Shown: positions 1-12,769, counted from the first letter of the whole stretch. The stretch is 61,177 nucleotides of DNA, filler included, from Sphacelaria rigidula (GCA_964200075.2; 10 parts of 10 records of this genome joined end to end with filler, not necessarily neighbours in it); one strand, 5' to 3'. Notes: generated by a model not told the origin, from the sequence alone. Program-made: numbers and translations.

Positions 1-3000
1 GGGCTGGGGGCGGGGGGGGGGGGGGGTACTCATTTGTTGCTTGCCTTATAATAGTCGTTTGACCATTGACCACGCACCCCTTTCGAGACGGAGCACCGTT
101 CCTACTCCGAATAGAGGTACCTCCAACATTTCGGCGCTCATTACGTTCCTTTCAGACATTGCACGAAAACGTTTAACACATCTTATCCCCGTCCTGTTTC
201 GCCGTCTGTGGTCACCATCATATCCTCGTATAACCCTCGTTTTCTCCCTACTGTCTAATCCATCAAACGAGTTCATGCCATCTCCGTTTCACGTCTCGCA
301 TTTCTCTCTCTCGCACGTCCCGTTCCTCCTTGTATAGTTCACATTCTGCCACTATATGTCTTCTGCTCTCTATTGCTTTGCTACAGGGGCAGTTCTGTCC
401 ATCTACTTTATCCTCCTTTCGACTACTGGTAATTCTATTTCTTCTTTCTGGCAGGTCCAGGTTCTAAACCCGGAACTGCAGTTTCAGATATTTTGCCGCG
501 TCCATTAGGCCATGCAGATATATGTTTTCATCTCTGTCCCCTCTGGCAACCACCCGTATATCTCATCTCCAGGTGTTCTTCCTCGTGTACTCTGCGTTTG
601 AGCGCTCCTTTTCCCTTGATTTTTATCACGTCTCTTACTTCATCTCGTACCCCGAGCCTTCACTCATGGACAGTATTTCGTCTTGGTTTCCTCTTATCTC
701 CTTCCATCCTTTCTCGTTTTTTTATCCCACCTTATAGCGTGTCCTTTCGTACTTTTCTTCCATACAGCCCTATCAACTATAGCCGGCAATCTCTTTCTCT
801 ACACGTTATTTACGATATATTGCCATATCGATTTCCTCATGTCTCAGGTTGTTTTCAAGTGAGTACATTGCCAATTCTCCCCTCAGTGCTGTATCACTCG
901 TCGTTTTCGAGCATCCAAGTATCTTCTTAGCTGCTGCGATCTGTACTGTTTCCAACTTCACCACTTCACGTTCCCCTCGCATACTTCTCCTGCATATTAC
1001 AGCTTTGGTACGATCACGTTGATACATCTCTTAATCCTAGTGTTTAGGAGCGGGTCTCTGAGGATCACGCCTAACTTGCCCATCTGTGCCGTACCCTTTT
1101 CTATTACTTTGTTTATGTGTGCATCACAAGAACAGCTTCTTGAGATCCCTCTCGTACGCCAAGGTATGTATACTGGTCTACGATCGACAGTTCCTGTTCT
1201 CCCCACTTCCATTTGACCTCCACCGGATTTTTCTTATCTTCGTTACAGACGAGTACCGTGCATTTGTTGACGTTCGCTGACACTCTCCATTTCCCAGCGT
1301 ATTCTAGCGCCCTGTCTACCTGTGATCCTTCTGCTTTTCCTGAAATCCCCACAAAATCATCTGCGAGCATCAATCCTGATACCGTATGTTTACCCACATT
1401 GACTCCTTGCTTTGCTGCTTCTATTGCTATTATCAAGCCATGAATAAATACCTGGAATAGAGTAGGTGATAAAGCACATCCTTGTGCAACTCTTTTTCAA
1501 ATACCACAACATTTCGATATTTCCCCGTCCAGCATCACAGCACTTTTGGCACATTCTGTCATCTTTTGTACCATGCTCCACATCTTTCCTCTGATTCCAC
1601 TTTCCCACAATTTTTTCCACAACCCATTTCTCCATACTGTGTCATAAGCCTTTTGCACGTCCAGAAAAAAAAGCAGTACGTTGTCAGCCCGGTGTCTTTC
1701 CTACCCTGAATAATCTTACCTAGTGTGTACACATGGTCTACGCAACTGCGGTCTGGTCTAAATCCTGCGTGCCCCTCGCTGATTTTCTCTTCCGTCTCTA
1801 TTTTAGTTTCGTTCCTACTCTCTCGTTCAAGATCTCGCAGAATGTTTTCCCAACCGTGCTTAGTAGCGCTGTACCTCTATAGTTTCCTGGGTCAGCCTTG
1901 TCTCCTCTTTTGGAAAGGTTGACGACGACTCCTTCTCTCCATGCCTTGGGTGTGTACTCGATTCCCCATATCCAGTTGTACAGCATGGCCATCATGGTGA
2001 TCATTTTCTCTCCACCGTACTTTAGAAATTCATCACACCTTGGACAATAGACGGCATCTATTGCAATAGCAATAGAATCTGCTGCAGTAGATACCAATAT
2101 TGTCGCCCGTAATGGCCATCGATCGGCAAGCTTCCCTTTCCATTGTCGTCGGCAATGTCTATCGATAGGCCAGTTTCCCACACTTTTTGTCCGGGTAGCA
2201 GTCTCTTATGGCCCCACACCGAAATCCCCTGCGGCCCACCAAATGTATCGATGGATAATTTTCCAAATCTTTTGATGACGGTAACTGGTATTGATAGATG
2301 TCTCACGTAATCTGTTGATGACGGCAATGAATCTCGATTGATGGCTCACCGAATCTATTAGTATCGGGAATGACTATCAATGAATGATTTACCAATGCTA
2401 TCGATTACGGCAATGGCTATCGATATATACATCCCAGAATCTATTGCGGTATACGATTTCCATCGATGGCGAGTGACCTTTATTTCTTGTAATTGCCATA
2501 GGCTATCGATCAACTATTGCAACATGTATTGTCCCTTGCAATACATATCAATAGATGTGTTCCACCACCTATCGTGTTCAATAATATATATCGATAGGTT
2601 TTCTCCCGTGTCCGTTGCTCAAGCAATGGACTATTATTGTGTCCATTGTCCAGAGTGTGAAATTCATGAAGTATTCCGTCTGCCCCTGCAGTCTTTCTGT
2701 TCTTGACTTTAGCTACGCACTCCTTTACTTCATCTCTGGTAAACTCTCTCTGCAATTCTGTCGAGCCACTATTCTCCCGTTTTGATGTCTCTACATTTGC
2801 CTCTGTGCACACGTTGATCTCCTTCTCGAATTCCGTGTCGACTTCGTTTGAGTTCTTGGTGTTCCCAGTTTACGAGAATGCTCGACTGGCACTTCTCTTT
2901 TCCCCTTCGAACTACTGACCATTTTACCGTCCTGTCCCCGTAGTGTGGCTATCCCCTTGTCCATCTTTCCTGCCTGGTTTCCCAGAATCCCTTTTTTCTC

Positions 3001-4830
3001 TACCCGCATTTGTTTCATCCCGCCATCGAAATCTTCATTTGTTTTATTTACTACATCTTCCCATACTCCCCTCTTTTTTTCTTCTGTACCATTGTTTTTA
3101 CTTCCTTTCGAGCTTGAGTATACCCCTCCCATCCTGCCGTAGTTTTACTTAATGTACATCTCGCGTGGGCCGCTCTCCTCACTCTTACAGCCTTTTTTCT
3201 CTCCTCATCTCACCATTCGACTGCTCTGTTGCATACAATCAGTTTATTCTCTATGACTTTACTCGCTGTGTTCTTGACCATCTGCTCCCATCCTTTGATG
3301 ATATTCGCTCCTGTCCGATTTATTTCCATTTCAGTATCAACTGTTCCTACGCGTTCCAACAGCTGGGAAAATTGCACTGCATTCTTGGCCATCTCTTCAT
3401 GGAACTCTTGCCGTTTTTCTTCCATATCTTGTTTATCGATTCTCCATTTGTACAACTTCCTACCCCGCCTATTTACTTTGCTCGTAGCTCTCGTCTGTTG
3501 ACTTTCTGTCCATATTAGGCAGTGATATGTGGTTCTCACGTCCACCTGGCATACATGTACTTCCATTTCTTGTCTATTTCCATACTCTACCACTGTATAG
3601 TCAAGAATGGATCATTCTCTCTCGTCTATATATATATATCCTAGCCAATGTTCATTGCGCCTCTGGCTTTAGTGCTCTATCGTCCAGCGTTTTCATCTCG
3701 TTATGCTCGAGGAACTTGAGCATTTCTACCTCATTCATGTTATTCTTGTCTTTCCCGTATCGTCCAATGGTATCATCCGGTTGACCTGCTCTTCCTACCC
3801 TTGCATTAAAATCTCCCACTAACATTACTTATCCTTGCCTTTTACACTCATACACGTCTGCTGCTGTCTCTCCAAACCTCCGCTGTATATAGTTCACCCT
3901 ACTCTCCGATTCTGGGGGCATATAGATGTTCTCTACGAAGAAGTCCTTCGTTCCCCGCTCTCCTTGTACCCTTATCCATATGCTCTCGTCGAATTTCGCG
4001 TCGTCGATCACTTCTCTCCTGTCACACAGGTGTTCCTTTACTAAGAATCCTACTCCCCCGGGTCCCCTGCTCATGGGCTTCTGGCCCTTCCGCTTCCCCA
4101 TCTATGCGTACTCTTTAACTTTGCATCCTATTAACGCCCCTTCTTTCTCCCATGACCCTTGGATTCCCACTATATCTAGGTCGTGCTTCCTTGTTTGCTC
4201 GACTATCTCTATTCTTTTGCGCTTGTCTGTGACGAATCCGCACGCGTTCCACGATCCTATTTTCAACTTTCTTTCCAAATCATTATCTGCTCTTGTGTTG
4301 TCTACTGTTCTCTCTCCGCCGCCTATACTTCTACTCTCCCTTGCTTGGGTGTTCTTCCCATTTCTCAGATGATTTTCGTCTGTTTGCTTCGGGCCGCTAT
4401 GTCCCCGCCCCCGGGTACTCACCTGTTCCCGCCTCTCTCTCCCTCCGTTTACCCGTGGACTACGCCCTAGACTTAGGTTTGTTGTTCCATTAGCTATGCG
4501 CACTCTCCGTCCTACTCTACTAACCCATGCCGACACCTTACTTGTCTCTATCTTTTCCCACTCCTTGCTCGCGCTCTGTTTTATTGTGACTCGGAAGCGT
4601 TCTCCCTCACTTTCTACCTTTCCTCTTGCCAAACAGTATAACCCAACTCCATTGCATTTCCTTTTGAACCCTATTCTCGTCATGTCGCTACGAACTCCTA
4701 ATACCACCACTTCTAGTACTTTACCCGTCCACTCTTTACTTCTCCATCCGCCCTTCCTTACCGTCTCTCTTTGAATCTCGTTCGAGATAACCTCCAGCTT
4801 GTTCGTTTCGTTTGTATTGGTAGAATATAG
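1..4830 (-). mobile_element. Near full-length, degenerate non-LTR retrotransposon (LINE) with APE endonuclease, reverse transcriptase and C-terminal Zn-finger
   Basis: Minus-strand fragments occur in the expected order. APE motifs: LKIGSWNACG, DIVGIQ, GGVGFLVKE (4290-3830). RT motifs: KTAGADGI, PKAWREGVVVNL, PGNYRG, LMLADDFVGIS, YTYLGV (2700-1110). A C-terminal CPC..E..H....C motif lies at about 335-395. The 3' end abuts a G-tract at 1-26. There are many stops and frameshifts. Confidence 0.93.
2034..2659. mobile_element. 626-bp MITE with 8-bp TSD (hAT-like), inserted in the LINE RT
   Basis: TIRs are CACACCTTGGACAATAGAC (2034) and GTCCATTGTCCAGAGTGTG (2641-2659). TSD AAATTCAT is at 2026-2033 and 2660-2667. 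Excision restores the LINE frame GADGILHEFLKYGGE. Confidence 0.9.
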
Positions 4831-4944
4831 TCAACGTACTGGGACATCCCAATCCTAGTACTTGTTGGGGGTCTGGTGCCTTCCACTTCTTTTCCTGCCT
4901 CACCGACACTAAATAATGTCTCAGGGGAAAGGAGATACATTGTG

Positions 4945-5575
4945 TCTCTATTTCACGTCTATATCTGTGCTGTGTAATGGTAGGTTGAAAACAAAAGCAG
5001 GGTTAACTTCTTCATTTCATGTCTATATCCAGGCTATATAATGGTAGGGTAAAGAACAGGGATGAGTAGCTTTTCTATCTCATGTCCGTGTACAGGCTGT
5101 GTTATGGTAGGTTCAAGAGAATGGGTGGTTAACTTCGTTTTTTCGTGTCCGTGTCCGGCCTGTATAATGGTAAGTTAAAGAAAAGCAGGGATATCGTCTT
5201 CATTTCATGTCTATATCCGAGCTGTGTTCCAGTAGGTTAAAGAAAAAGCAGGGTTAGCTTCTCTATTTCATGCCTATGTCCGGGCTGTGTTATGGTGGGT
5301 TCAAGAAAAAATGAGGGTTAGCTTTTTCATTCCATGTCTGCCCGGGCTGTGTTATGGTAGGTCAAAGAAAAAGGGGGGGGCTAGCTTCTCTATTCCATGT
5401 CTATGTCTGGGCTGTGTTATGGTAGGTCAAAGAAAAGGGGTGGTAGGTCAAAGAAAAGGGGTGGTTAGCTTCTCTACTTCGTGTCTGTATTCGGGCTGTG
5501 TTATGGTAGGTAAAAGAAGAGGGATGGTTCGCTTCTCTATTCAAGTCTATGTCCGGGCTGTGCTATGGTAGCGAA
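4945..5575. repeat. Tandem repeat, about 61-bp unit, about 10 diverged copies
   Basis: The unit GGTTAGCTTCTCTATTTCATGTCTATGTCCGGGCTGTGTTATGGTAGGTYAAAGAAAA recurs. Confidence 0.9.
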
Positions 5576-5957
5576 AGAAAGAGCAAACACGGGAAAAAAA
5601 AAACAGGGAACAGAGAACAGAAATAAATGTAGACAAAGAGGAAATGAAAGGAGAAAAAGACGAAACAGAAGGCAAAGCGCACAGAATAAGGTAAATGAGT
5701 TAAGAAAGAGGACAGCTTTTTATGTCATTTATACAATATACCCATCTTGTGTGTTTCGGGGGGGAAACGAAATTGGTTATTCACGTTTCTGTATGTCTTT
5801 TGTTTTTGCCGGTCCGGAACTTTCTTTCGTCTAGTGGCGGTTTATGGTACAGGTACGGTGACAGTCTGTACATTTTCATGTCTAGGTTTTGGTGGCTTGT
5901 TTTTCAGCGCCGTTGCCACCCGACGCCAACCCAAGAGTCTAGAGGTGAGAGGGCCGA

Positions 5958-6028
5958 GGGGGGGTGTACTCATGATCATGCATGCCATAGTCATAATACC
6001 TTTGACCTCGCATCCCTACAATGCCGAG
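5958..6028 (-). mobile_element. 3' tail of C-tract SINE-like family A (cut by contig end); a further tail fragment at 6129-6158 (+)
   Basis: The reverse complement reads GGGATGCGAGGTCAAAGG..GACTATGGCATGCATGATCATGAGTACACCCCCCC. Confidence 0.8.
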
Positions 6029-6128
6029 NNNNNNNNNNNNNNNNNNNNNNNNNNNNNNNNNNNNNNNNNNNNTTAATTAATTAANNNNNNNNNNNNNNNN
6101 NNNNNNNNNNNNNNNNNNNNNNNNNNNN
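6029..6128. other. Artificial contig linker (N44 + TTAATTAATTAA + N44); identical linkers at 12157-12256, 18285-18384, 24413-24512, 30541-30640, 36669-36768, 42797-42896, 48924-49023, 55051-55150
   Basis: Nine identical 100-bp spacers carrying stop codons in all six frames separate segments of 6028 or 6027 bp, as expected for length-sorted contigs. Confidence 0.99.
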
Positions 6129-6761
6129 GCATGATCATGAGTACCCCTCCCCCCCCCGTGCGCATAATATTTTCCCCCATTCTTAGTGGCAGTGACCCAA
6201 TCGGGCCGATTCTTTGATCTGCATTCCGTAGACTGTCCACGACGTGGAAAAACACGATGTCGTGGATTTGAGAATCTCGGGCAGTAGAGGAAATACAACA
6301 GCAGTTGTCATGATTGGGGATGGCCGTTCGCCAGAGGCATCACTGTGCGCCTTGAAGAGGTCGAAAGAGTGAGAAGGTTACCTGTGGGAAATACGAGTGA
6401 CCGATGCCGGTGAACATTGACGCTACGCTAATGGAAGTTTTGAGCTCCGTGCTAAGAGTGTTCTAGCCTCGTGCGCGATGATTATCCCGAGAATGAAGAC
6501 TGGGATTCGCGCGCTTGCGTGCGTGTGCCTGCGGCAAGAACATAAGGAACGGCCACTGAATACTGTAGTCCACAAAACTAATCTAGCAGTACCCAACGTG
6601 GCGCAAACGAGGTTCGGTATTCGATTGAGCACTCCACGCTATCTGGGATGGAGGGGGGTCTATTGCGCCAGTCTGTTGTTGGCGTCCCTGAACGATCTGC
6701 GGCTGTATTTGCATCGAAACATACGTCCTGGAGTAATGGTGAGAAGGTAGGGTTGTCGGTA

Positions 6762-6810
6762 GTGATGGTGATGACGATTATGATTATGATGGTGATGATG
6801 ATGATGGTGG

Positions 6811-6875
<65 letters not shown>

Positions 6876-6895
6876 CGACGACGACGACGACGACA
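6762..6895. repeat. (GAT)n/(GAC)n microsatellite
   Basis: Visible trinucleotide run; it explains the poly-His/Ser/Ile/Met ORFs in the track. Confidence 0.97.
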
Positions 6896-7894
6896 ACGGC
6901 GATCACCATGATCATGGTCATGACAGCGATGGCAGTAGTATATATGAGAGACAGCGAACAAAGTCGATCGGTATCAGCAGCGAACATGATTCAGGGATGA
7001 ATTTGATAAGCGTGACTTCAATGAGAACTTTCACAGTCCACGTCAGGCTGGCAAGAATACCGAAACGAATTTTGAACCCAGTCCAGTGAAAGCAGTACAA
7101 ATATCTCAGTCCCGGGAAGGACACCCGGAAATAATCACATGATTGGTGTGCAAGAGGCCCATCTGTCACCACATCGTGAAGGGTAGCTTACCGGGTTCCG
7201 CTTGCCGAGTTTTCGGCACACTCGATCTGGAGGAACTCCAATTTCCAACCATTGCGCCACCTCCGCCTGTCAGGTAGGCAACAACATACATCCACGATAA
7301 AGGAGGCAATGTCTCCAAGCTCATCGAGGAGCGGGGTGATGCTGGCACGGCCGCAGTGGGCGGGAAGAAGGTAGAATGGAGAAAATAAACTTTCGGCACC
7401 GTCGTCAGATGTTCGGAGTTTTGTGGAGAGGAAACATGGATTCCCTGTGCATGAATCAGTGACCCCCAACTAGCTGTGTTTTATCCAGCACTTTACTCTC
7501 CGTGGGGAAGGGTCAGAGTGCGGGGTACACGGAGCTTTGTCGCTACTTGTGTTTACCTCTGTTTGAACATCGTTCTGATGTCAGGACAGTCTGGTATTGC
7601 CGTTTTCCCTTACACTCGAACCCAACTTTCCGTGATCCCAGATCTACCCCCCTGAAACAGAGATGAAACCCCAACACTCTCGTGGTGCCAATTTACAGAG
7701 AGTATCGCAAACTCTTGCGCATACGGTACAGGTATGCCTGTTACTCCCCTTACCCATGTGCCAACAAGATTACGATTTGTCATATATTCCTGATTAAACA
7801 CGATCCGCGCACTTCCTCGTGTCTCTACGCCAAAGTGCGTTGCAGGAGAGCAGTCTCATTGTTTAAAAATCATTACCTGGGTCATTCGAGATAT

Positions 7895-7931
<37 letters not shown>

Positions 7932-9489
7932 CGATCGTCCGATGGAATGACACTCACCACGAATGGTGAGATGGAATAACACACCCGCTCCTGATTTCCG
8001 CTGAGGGATATCACCTCGCAAAACCTGGAAAACAACAAGCGATTATTTTGGGAATATTTTTCGTGTACTCGTCAATACGACAACGACTTAGAACGATTTC
8101 TTGCAGACATGTTCATACACCCGTCATTCATGGATGATATCGATGATGCAGAGAAGTCGCCGCGGGGGATACACGTCCAACAAGTTCGTACAGTGTTTGT
8201 TTACAACTCCACGCTCCAGTGTCGGCAATCCAATGAGTCAATCGTGCTTTTTATGACTGTGCTAACACCTCCCTTGCTTGCTCATACATGATAGCAAATA
8301 AAATGGCAAGCACGTCTCGCCCGGAACGCTTTGCACAATTTTTTGTTTCTTTCCGTTGAAGGCAGACTTTGCAGATCGACAAAAGTGTCTCTCCCGGAAC
8401 ACTTTGGGCATCGACACACGCGCGTCCCACCCGGAACACTTGTTGCACATCGAAAAAAGTATTCTATATATAGAAATATTTTCATAGTGTGCAACGCATA
8501 CAGTTTCATGTAAACACGGCACGCCATAATACCGTGAAATTTAGTGTATGTTGCATCGGACAAGAATATACGATGCCACATGTTGTGCACCACCCAACAC
8601 TATACTATGCTATTTACGCACCATACGACACAAAATACTCAAGATATGGGTGTTGAACCTTTTGAGCACCTGCAGATGGATGCCTGATTCTGACAATCAT
8701 TAATCAAATAAACACGATACCGTTTCAATAGACGGATGCGTCTTGGCGAAAGTGAATACATCTGGGCGGGAAAAGGGTCGACAACACAAACTATAGGTTC
8801 GCCGAAAATCTCGGCTAAATCGTTGAGGCGGTAGTTGCACGTTTATACCTGGCAGATCTGTTACCTTCTAGCAGACGGAAACCGAATGCTATTATTCGTG
8901 TTTTAGTTTTCAAAGCCTCCTTCCCTACTATGTTTGTGTCACTCCTCACCTACCTAAGTTTTACCCTTGTAGCTTGTAAACATTTGAAGACACCACGGGG
9001 TAGACACGCCACAACCATGCGTGTGTTCCGTTATTGTGCGATTCACCAGCGCTACTGCTAAGGTGTGTTGGTGCGCCATGGTGACCGGAAACCATCAAGT
9101 TCACTTGTGTTTCTAAACTTACCTTTCTATTGCAAGCTGAAATGTGACCGAAGGCAACACCGCAGCTGCGGTGGTTTGATCGTTTGCTGTTGCATCTGTC
9201 TCTTGTCCACGGCTGCGCCGCCTAGACATCTCCATGCTCTGGGCATTCGACCACTCCGTGTGAAGGTCGATGAAGCCCTGAAACGCGTGAGGATATATCA
9301 TAACCTTTGTGTCCTCGTACTTCATTGGTGGCGTGTGCACCAATAAATGGGTTTACGAAATATGTGAACTAGCTTTGCGTGCTGGCATTCACATTCAATG
9401 CGGACGGATAAATCCTGCAGCCAGAGGCAGTGGCTGGTTTTCTCGTGCGAATTTCATTTCCTAAAGGCTCTACTGTGCAGTATATATAA

Positions 9490-9765
9490 GGCCCATAATT
9501 ATCGACACTGTTTTTCGAAGATCTCCGAGATTGCCGGGACTGCCATGCATCTGATATTTCTCGAATGCTTGCGAGTGCCACGGCATTTTCACAGGGCAGC
9601 TCTCCGAAGTGCTGCGTTGCAGTCCGAATTTTTCGGACTTTTCCAAAAATGAAGCTTCGGAGAAAAAATCAAGCCGTTTCGTTCTCGGAGAAGTCTGAAC
9701 GCAGAGTTCGAAAACTCTGAAAGTTTGTGAGATCCCTGAAAAAATAGTGTCGATAATAATGAGCC
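9490..9765. mobile_element. 276-bp PIF/Harbinger (Tourist-like) MITE
   Basis: TIRs are GGCCCATAATTATCGACACTGTTTTT and AAAAATAGTGTCGATAATAATGAGCC. TSD TAA is at 9487-9489 and 9766-9768. Confidence 0.85.
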
Positions 9766-10027
9766 TAATTCTCAAGAAATAAGTTCGTATGCCCGGCGAA
9801 GCTGAAGTGCGAGGCTTGAGATTCAAGGACTCTTCTACTGGTGGTCTCGTTCTGTATATCATGGAGACATAGATAGCGTGAATTGAACGGGCGTGCGAGC
9901 AGATACGTGGTGCTCACCTGAGCAACTCGTTGACACTCTGCGCTTCGCAATTGGACGCCCACAACGACAGACACATGGTAGTCGACGATTCGTCGTGGGG
10001 GAACGAGGGCGACAAGCAGGGTCAACG

Positions 10028-12070
10028 TGTTACAAGTTAAACCATGTTCGATATAGGTGATCTAGGAACCGAAGCCAAAAGTAAAAGTGGGGAAATTGCG
10101 GGGTATGCGATTATTCTGGTAAGGTTCCTGAGAACGTTCCTGGTGATTGGAGGAAGGCAAATCGTTCCGAGTTCCTACATTTTGATAAATGTATCGCGGA
10201 TCTTGCGACGCAGTAGATTTTGGATCGTAGGCAATCGTGACAACGTAGTGCTCTACGCCCTACTCCCTCACTCGTCTCCCTCACTCGTTTCCCTCATCTC
10301 TCTTCACTCAATTTCCTACGTGTGGATGGTAATAATAAAGACTTTAAACACATCGTCATCTTCTTCCCAGTTACTGCAAGCGGGCAGTGATTTGTTTGAG
10401 CTCACAGCAAGGGGCTGTCGTTGCTGCCAGGTCATCTGATCAACACGATCATTCGAATACGTAGACGTTTTTATTATAGTTCGAACTTTGATCGTTGCTC
10501 TGAGATGGCGGATCAAGACAGCGCAGTGGAAGAACTGAGGGCGCTGCCCGAGGCTCAGGCAAAGACCTTGGTAGAAAGGTTGTCACGGGTCGAGGCTGCC
10601 CAAGAAAGCAGAGGCAGACGAATTAAGAGATCCGTCAGGGGAGATCAGCCATCGTATCTCAATGGTGCTACGGGCGCGGAGCAAGCAGGGTCTGCTTCCG
10701 TTCGTAGAAGTGGAGTCACCACCGATAACCTGCTGCCAGCTGTCGGTGAGGTTCGGATTACAGGAGGTAGTACCTTTGCAATGAGTCCGAGGGAAATAAG
10801 GAGCATTAAAACTGCTGTTCACAAGTTTGGGGGAAGTGTTGATTTTCCGTGATAGAAACGACGATTCAAGGGCTTCGCTTTGTCCAACGGTTGTATGCAG
10901 GCCTTCAGTACGACCATTAATATGCCCGTAGGTGACCCCTCAGTTAGTTCACAGTTTTTGGTTGACCAAGGTTTTAGTGAGACAAGTACAAGAAGAGCAC
11001 GTATTGTTTGGGCGTGTTTGGTAGAGAGTATCACCGACCGTGTATTTTTAAGTAGGGTGTTTGACACGAACTCCCCGAGTGCAGGCCGGCGCTTTTGTGC
11101 ACCTGGTTTCTCCCGAGAACCCTCTCTAAAAACTCGAAGTGGGAACGCCTTTTCAACGAGTTACGGGTGGCGAAAAAGAAAGATCCGATGAAGTTTCTCG
11201 CGCGCGTGAATGAGAATGTGGGTGTGCTGGTATTACTAGGGTTACATATGCCTCTAGAAGATGTTAACCTCAAGATAGTTGAGGTACTCACAAGTGACTA
11301 CGAGTACGAACAACGCACAACCTTGTACAGAGACGACATAACGCGGGCAGAGATAGAGGCTATCGTACGACAGAGATACACGATCATGTCGAGGAATGGT
11401 ACGAGAAACCGTGACGTCGGACAAGCTCTCGTTGCAAGCAAGTCCACCCGCCGAAATCGCGATCAAGATGGCGCCAAGGGTGGTGCCAAGAGTGGCAAGG
11501 CGTGTTCCTAGTGGTACTGCAGCAGATAAAAACGACCAGAATAGCATTCCCAAACCGTAGACAAGAAGTACGACGACATGCGAAACAAGGGTCATCATTG
11601 CTTAGAGCCAGGACACCGATGCTTTGACTGTGCCGCACACGTCATCCCAGCCCTCAAGAAATCACAGGGTGGCTCGGGTAATATCATAGCGTGTTTGTCG
11701 ATTGGTATACAACGAAGCAAGGGGGATGCGGTGGGAGAGTTTAATAGCAGTAGTGACGGTATTGAAAGGTGGATAGCTGATAGTGGAGAAACATTTCATG
11801 TGACTAAATCAGCCGAAATGCTCTGTGATGTGCAACCATCAGAGGACAAGGTTAAGATCGGTAGTGATACTCTCATCGACGGTGAGGGTTATGGGTCGTT
11901 GATTGTAGTTTGTCCCCGAAAGGGTGGAGTAGTGATTGTAAGGCTTGAAAAGACCGCATACGTACCTGACTTGCTTTTAACCTATTCTCACTAGTGATTG
12001 CGCACACACGGGGAGTAGGCTTCTCGGCTGATGACTCCGACAAAAGTGTGACCCCACTAGATGAGCGTCT
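10028..12070 (+). mobile_element. 5' part of a degenerate Ty1/Copia LTR retrotransposon (probable LTR, gag, protease)
   Basis: gag-like frames start at MADQDSAVEEL (10505) and include KDPMKFLARV. Zn-knuckle CLEPGHRCFDC, protease WIADSGETFHVT and LEKTAYVPDL follow (11578-11994). LTR limits (about 10028-10370) are approximate. Confidence 0.85.
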
Positions 12071-12256
12071 TGTTCATGTGAACAGGTACACTGAGTGAAC
12101 ATGCACACGTCCGGATATAATTATTCGGATGTGCGGGTACTGGTAGTCGAGTGTCTNNNNNNNNNNNNNNNNNNNNNNNNNNNNNNNNNNNNNNNNNNNN
12201 TTAATTAATTAANNNNNNNNNNNNNNNNNNNNNNNNNNNNNNNNNNNNNNNNNNNN

Positions 12257-12316
<60 letters not shown>
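12257..12316. repeat. (TAA)n microsatellite
   Basis: Visible run at the contig start. Confidence 0.98.
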
Positions 12317-12317
<1 letters not shown>

Positions 12318-12769
12318 CCGGTATTTGTTCATGGTTGACCGCCTACAATCACAACCCTAGCCCTAACCCTTGGTGTGCTTGATGTAAACTGTATACTCTA
12401 AGGCTTCAGTGGCAAGCTACTACGAAGATGGTGCATAGTAAGGCCCGGGGGGCATTTCGGAACTGGAACCATGCCATTCATCATTAACTGCTTCTCACCC
12501 TCTCTTTCATATCCTAGACTCGCAGTTTCACGGGAAAAGCGTTCAACGCGGTTTCTGAACCGTTCCATATCACTTCTCAACGTGAGCTAAAAAGATTCGC
12601 CTGCGTTTCACCACATTGGAAGCAAGTGCACATATTAGCTTGACTACTGGCGGGCCGGGTCGGTATCCTCGTGTCGTGGGATAGACAAACGGTGTTGCGA
12701 CCCTCTTTGACCAACTATCAGCAGCCCATTCGTTTTTTGATGCTTTTTGATGATCTGGCCGTTTGTTGG

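Noticed and set aside
4945..5575. Tandem arrays (also 30160-30490, 32578-33140, 58960-59185) as CRISPR arrays
   Set aside because: Whole units are homologous, there are no unique spacers or cas genes, and the context is eukaryotic.
6029..6128. Regularly spaced TTAATTAATTAA motif every 6.1 kb, and ORFs ending in XXX-LIN
   Set aside because: Concatenation linker, not biology; ORFs crossing it are artefacts.
6578..6987. Poly-His/Ser/Ile/Met ORFs, and HTHT/VCVC ORFs at 31731-32143 and 49803-50472
   Set aside because: Translations of microsatellites.
6995..7480. Plus-strand frame with a faint chromodomain-like pattern (VSKLIEERG...VEW...EETWIP)
   Set aside because: Several stops and too few conserved residues to support a call by eye.
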